Assembly: GCA_017435465.1 (NCBI GenBank)
Contig: JAFSEX010000038.1
Location: 720-64,719, forward strand
Origin: Bacilli bacterium
GTDB lineage: Bacteria > Bacillota_I > Bacilli_A > RF39 > UBA660
Length of the DNA stretch: 64,000 nucleotides
Direction of reading: 5' to 3'
Of the stretch, positions 1 through 10,562 are shown piece after piece. A model generated the notes under the pieces. It did no database searches. It worked only from the letters and a program-made list of their open reading frames with translations, and was not told the origin of the DNA. The position numbers and the translations under genes were made by a program. The stretch's first letter is position 1. The number at the start of each line of letters is the position of its first letter.

Positions 1-2
1 AA

Positions 3-593
3 ATACAAATAGGTACTATTAATTTGCGTAGTGTAAATAATCCTAAAGATAAAAGTGGCACTATTAGTATTAATAATGGTAGTGCGCTTACATCAAGTGG
101 TGAAAAAATAGGTTTAAATTCTCAAAGCATAACAGTTACTTTAAAAGATTCAAATACTACTGAGAAAAAAGAAGAAGTTAAACAAGAGGAAGTGCAAGTT
201 GAACAAATTGATAAAAATATGTTAGAAAAAATCAATTCAGATATAGTTAAAATAAATTTGAAAAAAGATGTTTTTGAATACACTGTTAATGTTTCAAATG
301 AAATAGAAGCACTTGATTTAACACCAGTTGCAAAAGATGAAACATATAAAATAGATATCACATCACAAAAAATCAATGAATTACAAGATGGTAAAATAAT
401 TATTACAGTTAGTAAAGATGATTTTAAACAAGAATATAAAATAAATGTTAAAGTTGATGAAAAAAATAAAACTGATAATAGTAAAGATTCTGATTTTATT
501 CCAACTTATAACTATAAAGGTAAGTGGGTAGGGATAATCGCAGTACTTACGTTAGTTCTTGTTTTGGGTTTAATGATTAAAAAGAAAAAATAA
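3..593 (+). CDS. 5'-truncated surface protein with cadherin-like beta-sandwich and C-terminal membrane anchor
   Basis: Frame is open to the window edge; 'KKDVFEYTVNVSNEIEALDLTPVA...YKINVKV' resembles a cadherin-like repeat; C-terminal hydrophobic helix followed by KKKK. Confidence 0.55.
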   Translation: MQIGTINLRSVNNPKDKSGTISINNGSALTSSGEKIGLNSQSITVTLKDSNTTEKKEEVKQEEVQVEQIDKNMLEKINSDIVKINLKKDVFEYTVNVSNEIEALDLTPVAKDETYKIDITSQKINELQDGKIIITVSKDDFKQEYKINVKVDEKNKTDNSKDSDFIPTYNYKGKWVGIIAVLTLVLVLGLMIKKKK

Positions 594-613
594 ATACTAT
601 GGAGTGAGAATAC

Positions 614-1246
614 ATGAAAAAATTTAATAATTTAATATACCTTTTTATTAAAAGGGTATTTGATATTATAGTTGGAATATTAGGAGTAATACTTCTAATA
701 CCAATATCAATAATTATAAAAATAATAAGCGTAATTAATAAAGATTACGCTCCTATTTTCTATTCACATGTAAGGATAGGAAAAGATGGTAAAGAATTTA
801 AATTATATAAATTGAGAAGTATGGTTCCAAATGCTGATGAGGTTTTAAAAGAGTTGTTAAAACAAAAAAAATATAAAGATGAATGGGATAAAAATCAAAA
901 ATTTGAAAATGATCCTAGAATAACTAAAATAGGTAAAATGTTAAGAAAAAGTTCATTAGATGAATTACCTCAATTTATCAATGTATTAATGGGAGATATG
1001 GCACTAATAGGACCAAGACCACTTTTAAAAGGTGAACTTGATGCACATAAAGGTAATCATAAGGTTTATGAAAAAGTAAGACCTGGAATAACTGGATGGT
1101 GGGCATGTAATGGTAGAAGTGCAACTACTTATAAAAAAAGATTAGAATTAGAATATTATTATGTTAATAATATGAGTTTATGGTTAGATATTAAATGTAT
1201 TTTTAAAACAGTTGAAGCTGTGATAAATAGAAAAGGTGCAAAATAA
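614..1246 (+). CDS. Priming sugar (phospho)transferase, Bac_transf family (CpsE/WcaJ C-terminal type)
   Basis: KRVFDI, FKLYKLRSM, DPRITKIG, SLDELPQFINVLMGDMALIGPRP and RPGITGWW motifs; RBS ggag. Confidence 0.93.
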   Translation: MKKFNNLIYLFIKRVFDIIVGILGVILLIPISIIIKIISVINKDYAPIFYSHVRIGKDGKEFKLYKLRSMVPNADEVLKELLKQKKYKDEWDKNQKFENDPRITKIGKMLRKSSLDELPQFINVLMGDMALIGPRPLLKGELDAHKGNHKVYEKVRPGITGWWACNGRSATTYKKRLELEYYYVNNMSLWLDIKCIFKTVEAVINRKGAK

Positions 1247-1297
1247 TATTTAAATTAATATTTTATATTTTAAAATTTTATAAAAAGGAAGATAATC

Positions 1298-2359
1298 GTG
1301 ATGAATAAAGAAAAAATTGATTTAAAAAATAAAACTATTCTTATTACTGGAGCAGCTGGTTTTATTGGTTTTTACTTAACAAAACGTCTTTTAGAAGAAA
1401 TAGAAAATATAAGGATTGTAGGAATTGACAATTTAAATGATTATTATGATGTTTCATTAAAAGAATATAGATTAAATATATTAAAACAATATGGAAATTT
1501 TAATTTTATAAAAGGTGATATTTCAAATAAAGTTACAATAATAGATATATTTGAAAAATATAATCCATCAATTGTTGTTAATCTAGCTGCTCAAGCAGGG
1601 GTTAGATATAGTATTGAGAACCCAGATGCATATATAGAATCTAATTTAATTGGATTTTATAATATTTTAGAAGGATGTAGAAATTATCCGGTTGAACATT
1701 TAGTATATGCTTCAAGTTCATCAGTATATGGTTCTAACAAAAAAATCCCATATTCAACTGAAGATATGGTGGATAATCCAGTATCATTATATGCCGCAAC
1801 AAAAAAATCAAACGAATTAATTGCACACGCATATTCAAAATTATATGATATTCCAAGTACAGGGCTTAGATTTTTTACAGTATATGGACCAGCTGGTAGA
1901 CCAGATATGGCATATTTTGGTTTTACTAATAAATTGATTAAAGATGAAACTATTAAAATTTTTAATTATGGAAATTGTAAAAGAGATTTTACTTATGTAG
2001 ACGATATAGTAGAAGGTATACTTAGAGTAATGCAAGGTGCACCAGATAAAAGTGTTGGGGAAGATGGATTGCCACAAGCACCGTATGCAGTTTATAATAT
2101 AGGCAATAGTAATCCAGAAAATTTATTGGATTTTGTTAATATACTTCAAGAAGAATTAGTTAAAGCAGGAGTATTACCTGAAGATTATGATTTTGATGCA
2201 CATAAAGAATTAGTACCAATGCAAGCTGGTGATGTACCTATTACTTATGCAGATACAACACCATTAGAAAAAGACTTTGGATTTAAACCAAATACTTCTT
2301 TAAGAGAAGGATTAAGAAAATTTGTGGAATGGTATAAAGAATTTTATGTAAAAAAATAG
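1298..2359 (+). CDS. NAD-dependent epimerase, UDP-glucuronate 4-epimerase type
   Basis: GAAGFIG, LAAQAGVRYS, YAATKKSNE, LRFFTVYGPAGRPDMA. Confidence 0.9.
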   Translation: MMNKEKIDLKNKTILITGAAGFIGFYLTKRLLEEIENIRIVGIDNLNDYYDVSLKEYRLNILKQYGNFNFIKGDISNKVTIIDIFEKYNPSIVVNLAAQAGVRYSIENPDAYIESNLIGFYNILEGCRNYPVEHLVYASSSSVYGSNKKIPYSTEDMVDNPVSLYAATKKSNELIAHAYSKLYDIPSTGLRFFTVYGPAGRPDMAYFGFTNKLIKDETIKIFNYGNCKRDFTYVDDIVEGILRVMQGAPDKSVGEDGLPQAPYAVYNIGNSNPENLLDFVNILQEELVKAGVLPEDYDFDAHKELVPMQAGDVPITYADTTPLEKDFGFKPNTSLREGLRKFVEWYKEFYVKK

Positions 2360-2376
2360 AAGGAGAACATATTAAT

Positions 2377-3108
2377 ATGGGTAAAATAAAAGCAGAGTTT
2401 CATATTCATACTAGATATTCAAAAGACAGTATATTAAACAAATATTTTATTTTGCTCATATGCAAAATAAAAAAAATCAAACTAATAGCTATTACGGATC
2501 ATAATGAAATTGAAGGAGCATTAAAATATAAAAAGTTCTTAAAAAAATTTAATATAGATGTAATAGTTGGCGAAGAAATAATGACTAAAAAAGGTGAAAT
2601 AATAGGACTATTTTTATATGAAAAAATAAAACCATTATTGAGCATTGACGAAACAATTAAACAAATAAAAAAACAAAATGGTATAGTATATGTACCGCAT
2701 CCATATGATGAGAAAAGATATAAAACAGTAATTGATAAAGAAGAGTTGAATCATTTTAAATCAAAAATTGATTGTATAGAAATTCATAATGGTAGAAATA
2801 TAGATGAAATATTTAGTGAAAAACAAGAACAAATTCAACAAAAATTAAATATAAATCCTATTATTGGAAGTGATGCCCATACTTTTATAGAGTTAGGGAG
2901 AAATTATATTGAAATTGATTATGTTGATTTAAATGATTTAAAGAAAAATTTTGTTCAAATAATAAAAACAGCAAAATTCAATAAAAAAAAATGTATTAAA
3001 TTTACTCATACATTAACTAAGTTTTCAAGAGTAATAAAAATGATAGAAAAAGGTGAATTTAATGAATTATTTAGAATTATCAAACGAAATGGTAAAAAAA
3101 GAAAGTAA
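2377..3108 (+). CDS. PHP-domain metal-dependent phosphoesterase
   Basis: FHIHTRYSKDS, AITDHN, GEEI, VPHPY and GSDAH PHP motifs. Confidence 0.88.
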   Translation: MGKIKAEFHIHTRYSKDSILNKYFILLICKIKKIKLIAITDHNEIEGALKYKKFLKKFNIDVIVGEEIMTKKGEIIGLFLYEKIKPLLSIDETIKQIKKQNGIVYVPHPYDEKRYKTVIDKEELNHFKSKIDCIEIHNGRNIDEIFSEKQEQIQQKLNINPIIGSDAHTFIELGRNYIEIDYVDLNDLKKNFVQIIKTAKFNKKKCIKFTHTLTKFSRVIKMIEKGEFNELFRIIKRNGKKRK

Positions 3109-3676
3109 AAAATTATATAAATTAATTAATAATGATAAATATAATTATGATTTAGTAATTTTTGTTGCTAGAGGATCATTGCCAATTGCAATGGAATTAT
3201 CAAAATTAAAAAAAGTGCCACTGCTAGAAATTAAAGCAACAAGAAAAGGAAATAAAATTAAAAAAATTCTTAGTCCATTTATAAAATTAATTCCTAAAAA
3301 ATTAAAAATTCTTTTACGTAATAAAGAAGTTAGTTCTAATGTACATGAAAAAAATATAGAAAGAAATGTTACTTATAATGAAAATATATGGAAAAAACAT
3401 ATTAAATGTCAAAGTATACTTATTGTAGACGATTCTGTTGATACAGGTTATTCCATCAAAGCATGTAAAGAAGAAATTGAAAAATTTTTCCCAAATTCAA
3501 ATATTAAAATTGCCGCATTTAATTATTTTGAAAAGTCATCAAAAAATATAAAAGTTGATTGGTTTATTTATAAAGATACTATGTTAAATGGTCCATGGTC
3601 TAATGATTCAAAATATCATAAAGAGTTCGTAGATAATTATAATAATTGGTATAAGACATATATGGAGGAAAAATGA
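3062..3676 (+). CDS. Type I phosphoribosyltransferase family protein
   Basis: VARGS loop and PRPP-binding motif ILIVDDSVDTGYS; stop overlaps the next start (ATGA). Confidence 0.85.
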   Translation: MNYLELSNEMVKKESKKLYKLINNDKYNYDLVIFVARGSLPIAMELSKLKKVPLLEIKATRKGNKIKKILSPFIKLIPKKLKILLRNKEVSSNVHEKNIERNVTYNENIWKKHIKCQSILIVDDSVDTGYSIKACKEEIEKFFPNSNIKIAAFNYFEKSSKNIKVDWFIYKDTMLNGPWSNDSKYHKEFVDNYNNWYKTYMEEK

Positions 3677-4878
3677 AAATATTATTGATATTAGAAAGCC
3701 ACTTTTATATGGATGAAAATGGTGATGTTTTCTGTGATAGAGTTGTTGATTATAATTTTTTAAAAAGATATCTATCAATATTTTCAGAGGTTATAGTTTG
3801 TGGTAGAACAGATGAAAATAACAATGGTTCATATAAACTAAAAATAAATGGTGATAGAGTTAAATTTAAAAAGTTACCTAATTTTTATGGAATTAAAGGA
3901 TTGTTATTTAATCTTCTTAAAATAAAAAAGTTAATCAATTTATATGTTGATGAAGCTGATGTGGTATTATACAGAGTTCCAACACCTTTATCAATATTTA
4001 CGTACAATGAGGTTTTAAAAAAGAAAAAAGTTTTAGGTGTAGAATTTATGATTTCAGCTGATAAAATGATTGAGGGTAGTGGGATAATTAAGAAAATTTG
4101 TAACAAACTTATAGATAGAATTGCAAAAAAAATATGTAAAAAGGCAAATGGTGTTTCTTATGTTACAGATTATGTTCTTCAAACTAAATATCCTTGTAAA
4201 AGTATCATAGACAAAAATGAAACAGATGAATATTTTAGTGCAAATTATTCAACAATAGAATTACAAAAAAAAGATATAGTAGCACAAAAATGGGAAAAAG
4301 ATTATAAACCAAATGTTTATAAAATAATACATACTGGGTTTATGGATACATATAGAAAAGGTCAAGATATACTTATAAAAGCTTCTAAAATTTTAATTGA
4401 TAAAGGATATAATATTGATGTAACCTTAATTGGTGATGGAAAGAAAAGAAATGAATTTGAAAAACTTGCAAATGATTTAAAAATTTCTAATAAAATTCAT
4501 TTTATAGGATCATTAAAAGATAAAGATAAAATTTTTGAATACTTAAGAGATAGTCATTTATTAGTATTTCCTACAGAAGCTGAAGGATTACCTAGAACTA
4601 TAATTGAAGGTATGGCATCTGGATTGCCATGTATATCTAGTCCTGTTGATGGTATTATTGAATTAATTGATTCAAAATATTTAGTAAATACTAGATCCTC
4701 AGAAGAATATGCCAAAGCAATATCATTTCTATTGGATAATTGGGATCTTATGATTGAATTAGGTAATAAAAATTATGAAAAGGCAAAAAAATACGAAAAA
4801 TCATTACTTGATAAAAAAAGACAAGCTTTTTATGAAAAATTATCCAATTTAGCATTAAAAAGGAAAAATATGAGGTGA
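3673..4878 (+). CDS. Glycosyltransferase family 4
   Basis: RKGQD and EGLPRTIIEGMASGLPCI (EX7E) GT-B motifs. Confidence 0.9.
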   Translation: MKILLILESHFYMDENGDVFCDRVVDYNFLKRYLSIFSEVIVCGRTDENNNGSYKLKINGDRVKFKKLPNFYGIKGLLFNLLKIKKLINLYVDEADVVLYRVPTPLSIFTYNEVLKKKKVLGVEFMISADKMIEGSGIIKKICNKLIDRIAKKICKKANGVSYVTDYVLQTKYPCKSIIDKNETDEYFSANYSTIELQKKDIVAQKWEKDYKPNVYKIIHTGFMDTYRKGQDILIKASKILIDKGYNIDVTLIGDGKKRNEFEKLANDLKISNKIHFIGSLKDKDKIFEYLRDSHLLVFPTEAEGLPRTIIEGMASGLPCISSPVDGIIELIDSKYLVNTRSSEEYAKAISFLLDNWDLMIELGNKNYEKAKKYEKSLLDKKRQAFYEKLSNLALKRKNMR

Positions 4879-5972
4879 GCATAGTGAAAAGGGTATTACA
4901 AGTACTTGGTTCATTACAAAGGGGTGGTGCTGAATCACTAGTAATGAATATATATAGAAATATTGACCGAAATGAAATACAATTTGATTTTATTGTTAGA
5001 GAATATATAGAAGAAGGATATGAAAAAGAAGTAAAACAATTAGGTGGTAGAATATTTGTAATTCCCAGTCCTCAAAGGATAGGTTTGTTACGATGTATAA
5101 AAGAACATATTAAAATAATTAAAAATAATGGTCCATATATTGCAGTTCACTCACATATGAATGCTATGTCATTTATTAGTATGTATTCTGCTAAAAAATG
5201 TGGAATAAGAAATAGAATAAGTCATAGTCATAGTACATCTTTTCCTGGTAAATTAAAATCTAAAATAGGTGGTTTTTTAACAAAATTATTTTCAAATAAA
5301 TTATTAGCATGTTCAGAAGATGCTGGAAAAAAATTATTTCAAAATAATAAATTTGATGTTATAACAAATGGAATAGATATTAATAAATTTATTCTAGCAA
5401 ACAAAAATGAACAATTAAAATATAAAGAAAAATTAAATATGAATGATGATAAGTTATATATATGTCATATTGGAAGATTTGTTGAACCTAAAAATCATGA
5501 ATTTATAATAGAAATTGCTGAAAAGTTAAAAGTTAAAAATATCAATTTTGAAATAACTTTACTTGGTAATGGTCCAAAATTTTCGAAAATAAAAAAATTA
5601 GTAGATGATAGAAATTTAAAAGAATATGTAAAATTATTAGGTAGTATACCTAATATAGATGATTATCTAAAAGCAGTAGATTTACTTATATTACCATCCT
5701 TATATGAAGGTTTTCCAGTAACTTTAGTTGAATCACAAGCTAGTGGTCTTCCTGCTCTTGTATCAACAAATATAACAAAAAAAGTTGATTTTGGTTTGAA
5801 TTTAATTTCATTTGTACCATTAAATATTGAAGAATGGGTTAATGCAATAATAAATGATAAAAAAAACAGATTATTTAATAAAAATGATATATATGACAAA
5901 ATAACTCAAAATAAATACAATATTGAATATACAACAAATGAAATGCTTAAAATTTATAGTAAAAAAGGGTGA
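4875..5972 (+). CDS. Glycosyltransferase family 4 (EpsF/CapH-like)
   Basis: GGAES, HIGRFVEPKNH, PSLYEGFPVTLVESQASGLP. Confidence 0.9.
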   Translation: MSIVKRVLQVLGSLQRGGAESLVMNIYRNIDRNEIQFDFIVREYIEEGYEKEVKQLGGRIFVIPSPQRIGLLRCIKEHIKIIKNNGPYIAVHSHMNAMSFISMYSAKKCGIRNRISHSHSTSFPGKLKSKIGGFLTKLFSNKLLACSEDAGKKLFQNNKFDVITNGIDINKFILANKNEQLKYKEKLNMNDDKLYICHIGRFVEPKNHEFIIEIAEKLKVKNINFEITLLGNGPKFSKIKKLVDDRNLKEYVKLLGSIPNIDDYLKAVDLLILPSLYEGFPVTLVESQASGLPALVSTNITKKVDFGLNLISFVPLNIEEWVNAIINDKKNRLFNKNDIYDKITQNKYNIEYTTNEMLKIYSKKG

Positions 5973-5976
5973 TATA

Positions 5977-7434
5977 ATGTATAAGAAAAATGTTTCGATA
6001 TATCAAGTATTATCAATATTTTTATTTATATTTTTTCTATTAGTACAAATCATTTATTGTAATACAAATACTTTATTTCTTAATAATTTAAAAGTAGTAT
6101 CATTTATGGGGATTTTTCTAATAACCTTTATTGTTTTTACTTGGTATAAATCTTATTATAGGTTATTATCTCCATATTTAGCATTTGTTGTTCTATTATT
6201 TCTATTTTTGTGTGGACAAACTCCATTTTGGTTATTAAATCAGTCTGCTGGTTTTAGGGATTTAACTGTTTGGATGAATCTTTTTAATAGTATGGATTTA
6301 TGTAATGCATTGATATTTTCATATTTGTGTATTAGTTTTTTACATACGATTGTTATTTGCTCTATAGATCCAAAAACAAAAAAAACTCGCACAAAAAATA
6401 CTACTACAAAGAAAATTTATCATATAATTGAAAATAGGGAAGCGTATAAAAATATTACAATATTTGGCCTTATTTTATGTTTGGGTTTTATAGGACCATA
6501 TCTAATTACTTTTTTTAACCAGAGAAATATTATAAAAACAGTTGGGTATGATATGCAATATGATACTTTATTAACTGGTACTTCATCTTTTTTTACAAAA
6601 ATAGCTGATTTTTTTCCATTAGGCATAATTACTTTAGTTTTTGCTTGGGGAAATAAAAATGAATTAAATAAAAAGAACTTTTTTATTAAAAGAATAATAT
6701 TAATATTATTATCTTTAACTTATTTAATGTGTGAACTGTTATTGGGTCAAAGAACAGGTGTTGTTTTATTTGTTTTTGCATTACTATTTGTTATATACAA
6801 AGAAAAGAAAATCCCAATTAATAGTTTAATATTTATTGGGATTGGTGGATTATTATTAATGGCTGGATTAAGAATAGTGGGTATTACCAGAAGTGGAAAT
6901 GTTTATAATCCTTTAGATCAAAGTAATCCTATCGTGGATTTTATAAGTGATACTGGCTGGAATTTAATGTCATTATCAGAATTTCAAAAAATAATGCCTG
7001 AAGTGAGAAATTATGGATATGGAAATTCATATATAGTTTCATTATTAGAAGTAATTCCTAACCTTAATTTTTGGAATGTACACCCTGCATATGTATATGG
7101 CAATATATCACAATTTTTAAGAGAATATTTAGGGTATAGCTATGGTTTAGGATGTACACCAGTTGCAGAGGCATATTATAATTTTGGTTATTTTGGTTTT
7201 TTAATATTTTTGTTATGGGGATTAATTTTAATAATATTAAATCGTAAATTTGAAAATAACAAGGATTTAATAAGTAACTATACTGTTGTATTGTTTATAG
7301 GTATTTTATTAAAATCTTGTGTTCGTAGTAGTTTCTATGCAGTTTTCAGACCATTTTTATTATTTATATTATTACCAATAATAATATTAAAACTATTATC
7401 AAATAAAGAGTTAATTGTGAAAGAAGAGGTTTAA
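5977..7434 (+). CDS. wzy: Polysaccharide polymerase Wzy
   Basis: Many TM helices, GQR motif, 'AEAYYNFGYFG' C-terminal signature, capsule context. Confidence 0.8.
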   Translation: MYKKNVSIYQVLSIFLFIFFLLVQIIYCNTNTLFLNNLKVVSFMGIFLITFIVFTWYKSYYRLLSPYLAFVVLLFLFLCGQTPFWLLNQSAGFRDLTVWMNLFNSMDLCNALIFSYLCISFLHTIVICSIDPKTKKTRTKNTTTKKIYHIIENREAYKNITIFGLILCLGFIGPYLITFFNQRNIIKTVGYDMQYDTLLTGTSSFFTKIADFFPLGIITLVFAWGNKNELNKKNFFIKRIILILLSLTYLMCELLLGQRTGVVLFVFALLFVIYKEKKIPINSLIFIGIGGLLLMAGLRIVGITRSGNVYNPLDQSNPIVDFISDTGWNLMSLSEFQKIMPEVRNYGYGNSYIVSLLEVIPNLNFWNVHPAYVYGNISQFLREYLGYSYGLGCTPVAEAYYNFGYFGFLIFLLWGLILIILNRKFENNKDLISNYTVVLFIGILLKSCVRSSFYAVFRPFLLFILLPIIILKLLSNKELIVKEEV

Positions 7435-7436
7435 AA

Positions 7437-8522
7437 ATGACAGTAGGAATATTAACGTGGTATAAAAGTTTAAATCATGGTGCAATATTACAAGCATATG
7501 CATCACAACAATTTTTAAAAGAAAATAATTGTGATAGTTTGTTACTTGATTATGATCGAAATATAAATATTATGGAGTCTAATTATGAAAAATTTAAAAG
7601 AAGATTGTCATATATGAATATTAGTCATTTATTGATGAAAACTAAGCAAAAAAATTGGAATAAAGAAAAGAAAATTTTGTTTGAAAAATTTATAAATTCT
7701 AATATGAATGTAGGAATGAAATATTATGAATATGATAATATTGATAAAGTAATGATAGGCAGTGATATGGTTTTTGATTTTTATGAAGGATATAATCCAT
7801 TTATGTATGGTAAAAATGTTAATTCAAAATATATTTTTTCATATGCTGCATGTTTTGGTTATACTACACCAAAATCATTTGAAAAATTTGAAAAAAATGA
7901 AGAAATTATTTCATTAATAAAAAAAATGAATGGAATTGGTTATAGGGATAATAATACTAATGATATTTTAATTAACAATTGTAATATTAACAGTGCAATT
8001 AAAAATATTGATCCAGTTTTATTATATGGATTTGAAAAAGAAAAAAAAATATGGAATAATAATGGTTGGAAAAATAAAAAATATATATTAATATATTCTT
8101 ATCAATCAAATTTAAATAAAAAGAATGAGTATAAATATATTCAAAAAATTGCAAAAGAAAAAAACTTAGAATTAATTTCAGTTGGATATTATCATCCATG
8201 GTGTGATAAAAATATTAATGCTGATCCAAAAGAATTTGTAGAATTGTTTTCTAATGCAAAATATGTTGTAACAGATACTTTTCATGGTCTTGTTTTTTCT
8301 ATAATAATGAATAAACAATTTTCTATAATTGTTAGAAATAATAGTTTTAAAATATTGGATTTATTAAATGATTTAAATATAAAATTTAATAATAATGAAT
8401 CAATTGAAAAGAAAATTGAAAGAATGTGTAATAATGAAATTGATTATTCAATAATAAACAAACAATTAAACAAATTAAAAGAAAATTCAAAAGAGTATTT
8501 ATTGAATCAAATAAAGGAGTAA
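7437..8522 (+). CDS. Polysaccharide pyruvyl transferase family protein
   Basis: NHGAILQAYA, IGSD, SYAACFG, DPVLL, VVTDTFHG. Confidence 0.88.
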   Translation: MTVGILTWYKSLNHGAILQAYASQQFLKENNCDSLLLDYDRNINIMESNYEKFKRRLSYMNISHLLMKTKQKNWNKEKKILFEKFINSNMNVGMKYYEYDNIDKVMIGSDMVFDFYEGYNPFMYGKNVNSKYIFSYAACFGYTTPKSFEKFEKNEEIISLIKKMNGIGYRDNNTNDILINNCNINSAIKNIDPVLLYGFEKEKKIWNNNGWKNKKYILIYSYQSNLNKKNEYKYIQKIAKEKNLELISVGYYHPWCDKNINADPKEFVELFSNAKYVVTDTFHGLVFSIIMNKQFSIIVRNNSFKILDLLNDLNIKFNNNESIEKKIERMCNNEIDYSIINKQLNKLKENSKEYLLNQIKE

Positions 8523-8526
8523 TAAA

Positions 8527-9102
8527 ATGATTAGTTCTAAAAAGGAGTTAAAATATTTTTTATTATGTGATAAAATCGCATTAAAAATAAATAAAAAACA
8601 AAAATTTCCAATTCCATTAGTTAATAATATTTGGAAATATGAAATTTTACTTAGAAAGTGTGAATATCACAAAAATACAAAACATAAATTTAGATATTTA
8701 TTATATAAGCTGAGACTGTTGAAATTAGGGGAAAAATTAACGATTAAAATTGATCCAAATGTTTTTGGGCCAGGATTAAGTATTGCTCATTATGGTTCAA
8801 TAATTGTTAACCCTAATTCAAAGGTAGGAAATAATTGTAGGATTCATGAAGGTGTAACAATAGGTGCAACAAATGGTTCATCTAAAGCACCTCAAATAGG
8901 TGATAATTGTTTTATTGGTAGTGGCGCCAAAATAATAGGTGATATAAAAATTGGAAATAATGTTGCAATTGGTGCTGGAGCTGTGGTTGTAAAAGATATA
9001 GATGATAATGTAACTGTCGGAGGAGTTCCGGCAAAAGTAATAAGTCATAATAATTCCGCTAATAATATTGTAAACGCAGTAGAAATGGTTTCAAATTTAT
9101 GA
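8527..9102 (+). CDS. Hexapeptide-repeat (serine acetyltransferase-like) O-acetyltransferase
   Basis: Left-handed beta-helix repeats IGDNCFIGSGAKIIGDIKIGNNVAIGAGAVV; GGVPAK. Confidence 0.88.
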   Translation: MISSKKELKYFLLCDKIALKINKKQKFPIPLVNNIWKYEILLRKCEYHKNTKHKFRYLLYKLRLLKLGEKLTIKIDPNVFGPGLSIAHYGSIIVNPNSKVGNNCRIHEGVTIGATNGSSKAPQIGDNCFIGSGAKIIGDIKIGNNVAIGAGAVVVKDIDDNVTVGGVPAKVISHNNSANNIVNAVEMVSNL

Positions 9103-10562
9103 ATAACAAAACAAATGATGGAATAAAAAAAAATTTCCTATATCAAACTATTTATGAAATATTAATATTATCATTACCTTTATTAACTTCACCATATATT
9201 GCCAGAGTTTTGGGAGCAGAACAATTAGGAATATATTCTTTTAGTTATTCAGTTACATATTATTTTCAAATACTATGTGCATTAGGAATAAAGTATCACG
9301 GTTCAAGAACAATATCTGCAGTTAAGCATAATAAGGAAAAATTAAATGAAAAATTTAATGAATTATTATTTGCACACTTTTTAATATCAATTATATCTCT
9401 ATTGTTATATACACTTTATTCATTATTTTTTGTTAAAGATAATACTATAATTGCTCAAATCCAAATATTAAATGTTGTTTCAGCAATGTTTGACATTAGT
9501 TGGTTTTATTTTGGGATAGAAAAATTTAAAATAACAGCATTAAGTAGTTCATTTATTAAAATAATGACAGTTATATGTATATTCATATTTGTTAAAAAAA
9601 CTTCAGATTTATATATATATACTATTATTATGTCTGTTGGAATGTTATTAACACAATTAATAATGTGGAAATATTTATCTAATTACGTAACAATATCAAA
9701 ACCAAATTTTAAAAATAGTATTTCACATTTAAAACCTTTATTTATACTTTTTATTCCTGTTATAGCTTTAAGTATGTTTCATTATATGGATAAAATTATG
9801 CTAGGATTTTTTAGTACAAAAATTCAGACTGGTTTATATGAAAATGCTGATAAAATTATCACTATTCCACTTACTGTAATATTTTCATTTAGTACAGTAA
9901 TGTTACCTAGAATGTCTAATCTTAAATCTAGTAACGAAGTTAAAAAATCAGAAAAATATATGGAAATGTCATTTAAATATATGGAATGGATAGCACTTGG
10001 GATGACATTTGGATTATTTTGTGTGGCAGATAAATTTTCATTTATATTTTGGGGAAAGGAATTTGTTTCATGTGGTAATTTAATTAAAATCCTAGCATTC
10101 ACATTACCCTTTTCTACCTATTCAAGTATTATAAGAACTCAATATTTAATGCCAAATCATAAGGATAAAGCATATACAACAATAATGGTTATTGGTGCGT
10201 TAATAAATTTAATTGCTAATCTAATTTTGATATATAATTTTGATGCAATAGGGGTAGCAGTGGGTACTTTAATATCAGAAATTATGGTTTGTTTAATGCA
10301 ATCAATATATACAAAAAATATAATAAATCATACAAAATATTTAAAAATTATTTTTCCATATATTTGTCCAGGTATAATAATGACAATTATAGTTGTTATT
10401 TTGAATAGAATTACACCATCAAGTATTGCTATGTTAATATTTGAAATATTAGTAGGCATAATTACTTATTTCTTAATATCATTAATTTTTTTCTATTATG
10501 AAAAAGATAATTTAATTATTAATTATATGAAAAAGATTTTCAAAAAGAAGGCGATAAATTAA
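9099..10562 (+). CDS. wzx: Oligosaccharide flippase Wzx
   Basis: PLLTSPYIARVLG, DKIMLG, VMLPRMS; many TM helices. Confidence 0.9.
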   Translation: MNNKTNDGIKKNFLYQTIYEILILSLPLLTSPYIARVLGAEQLGIYSFSYSVTYYFQILCALGIKYHGSRTISAVKHNKEKLNEKFNELLFAHFLISIISLLLYTLYSLFFVKDNTIIAQIQILNVVSAMFDISWFYFGIEKFKITALSSSFIKIMTVICIFIFVKKTSDLYIYTIIMSVGMLLTQLIMWKYLSNYVTISKPNFKNSISHLKPLFILFIPVIALSMFHYMDKIMLGFFSTKIQTGLYENADKIITIPLTVIFSFSTVMLPRMSNLKSSNEVKKSEKYMEMSFKYMEWIALGMTFGLFCVADKFSFIFWGKEFVSCGNLIKILAFTLPFSTYSSIIRTQYLMPNHKDKAYTTIMVIGALINLIANLILIYNFDAIGVAVGTLISEIMVCLMQSIYTKNIINHTKYLKIIFPYICPGIIMTIIVVILNRITPSSIAMLIFEILVGIITYFLISLIFFYYEKDNLIINYMKKIFKKKAIN

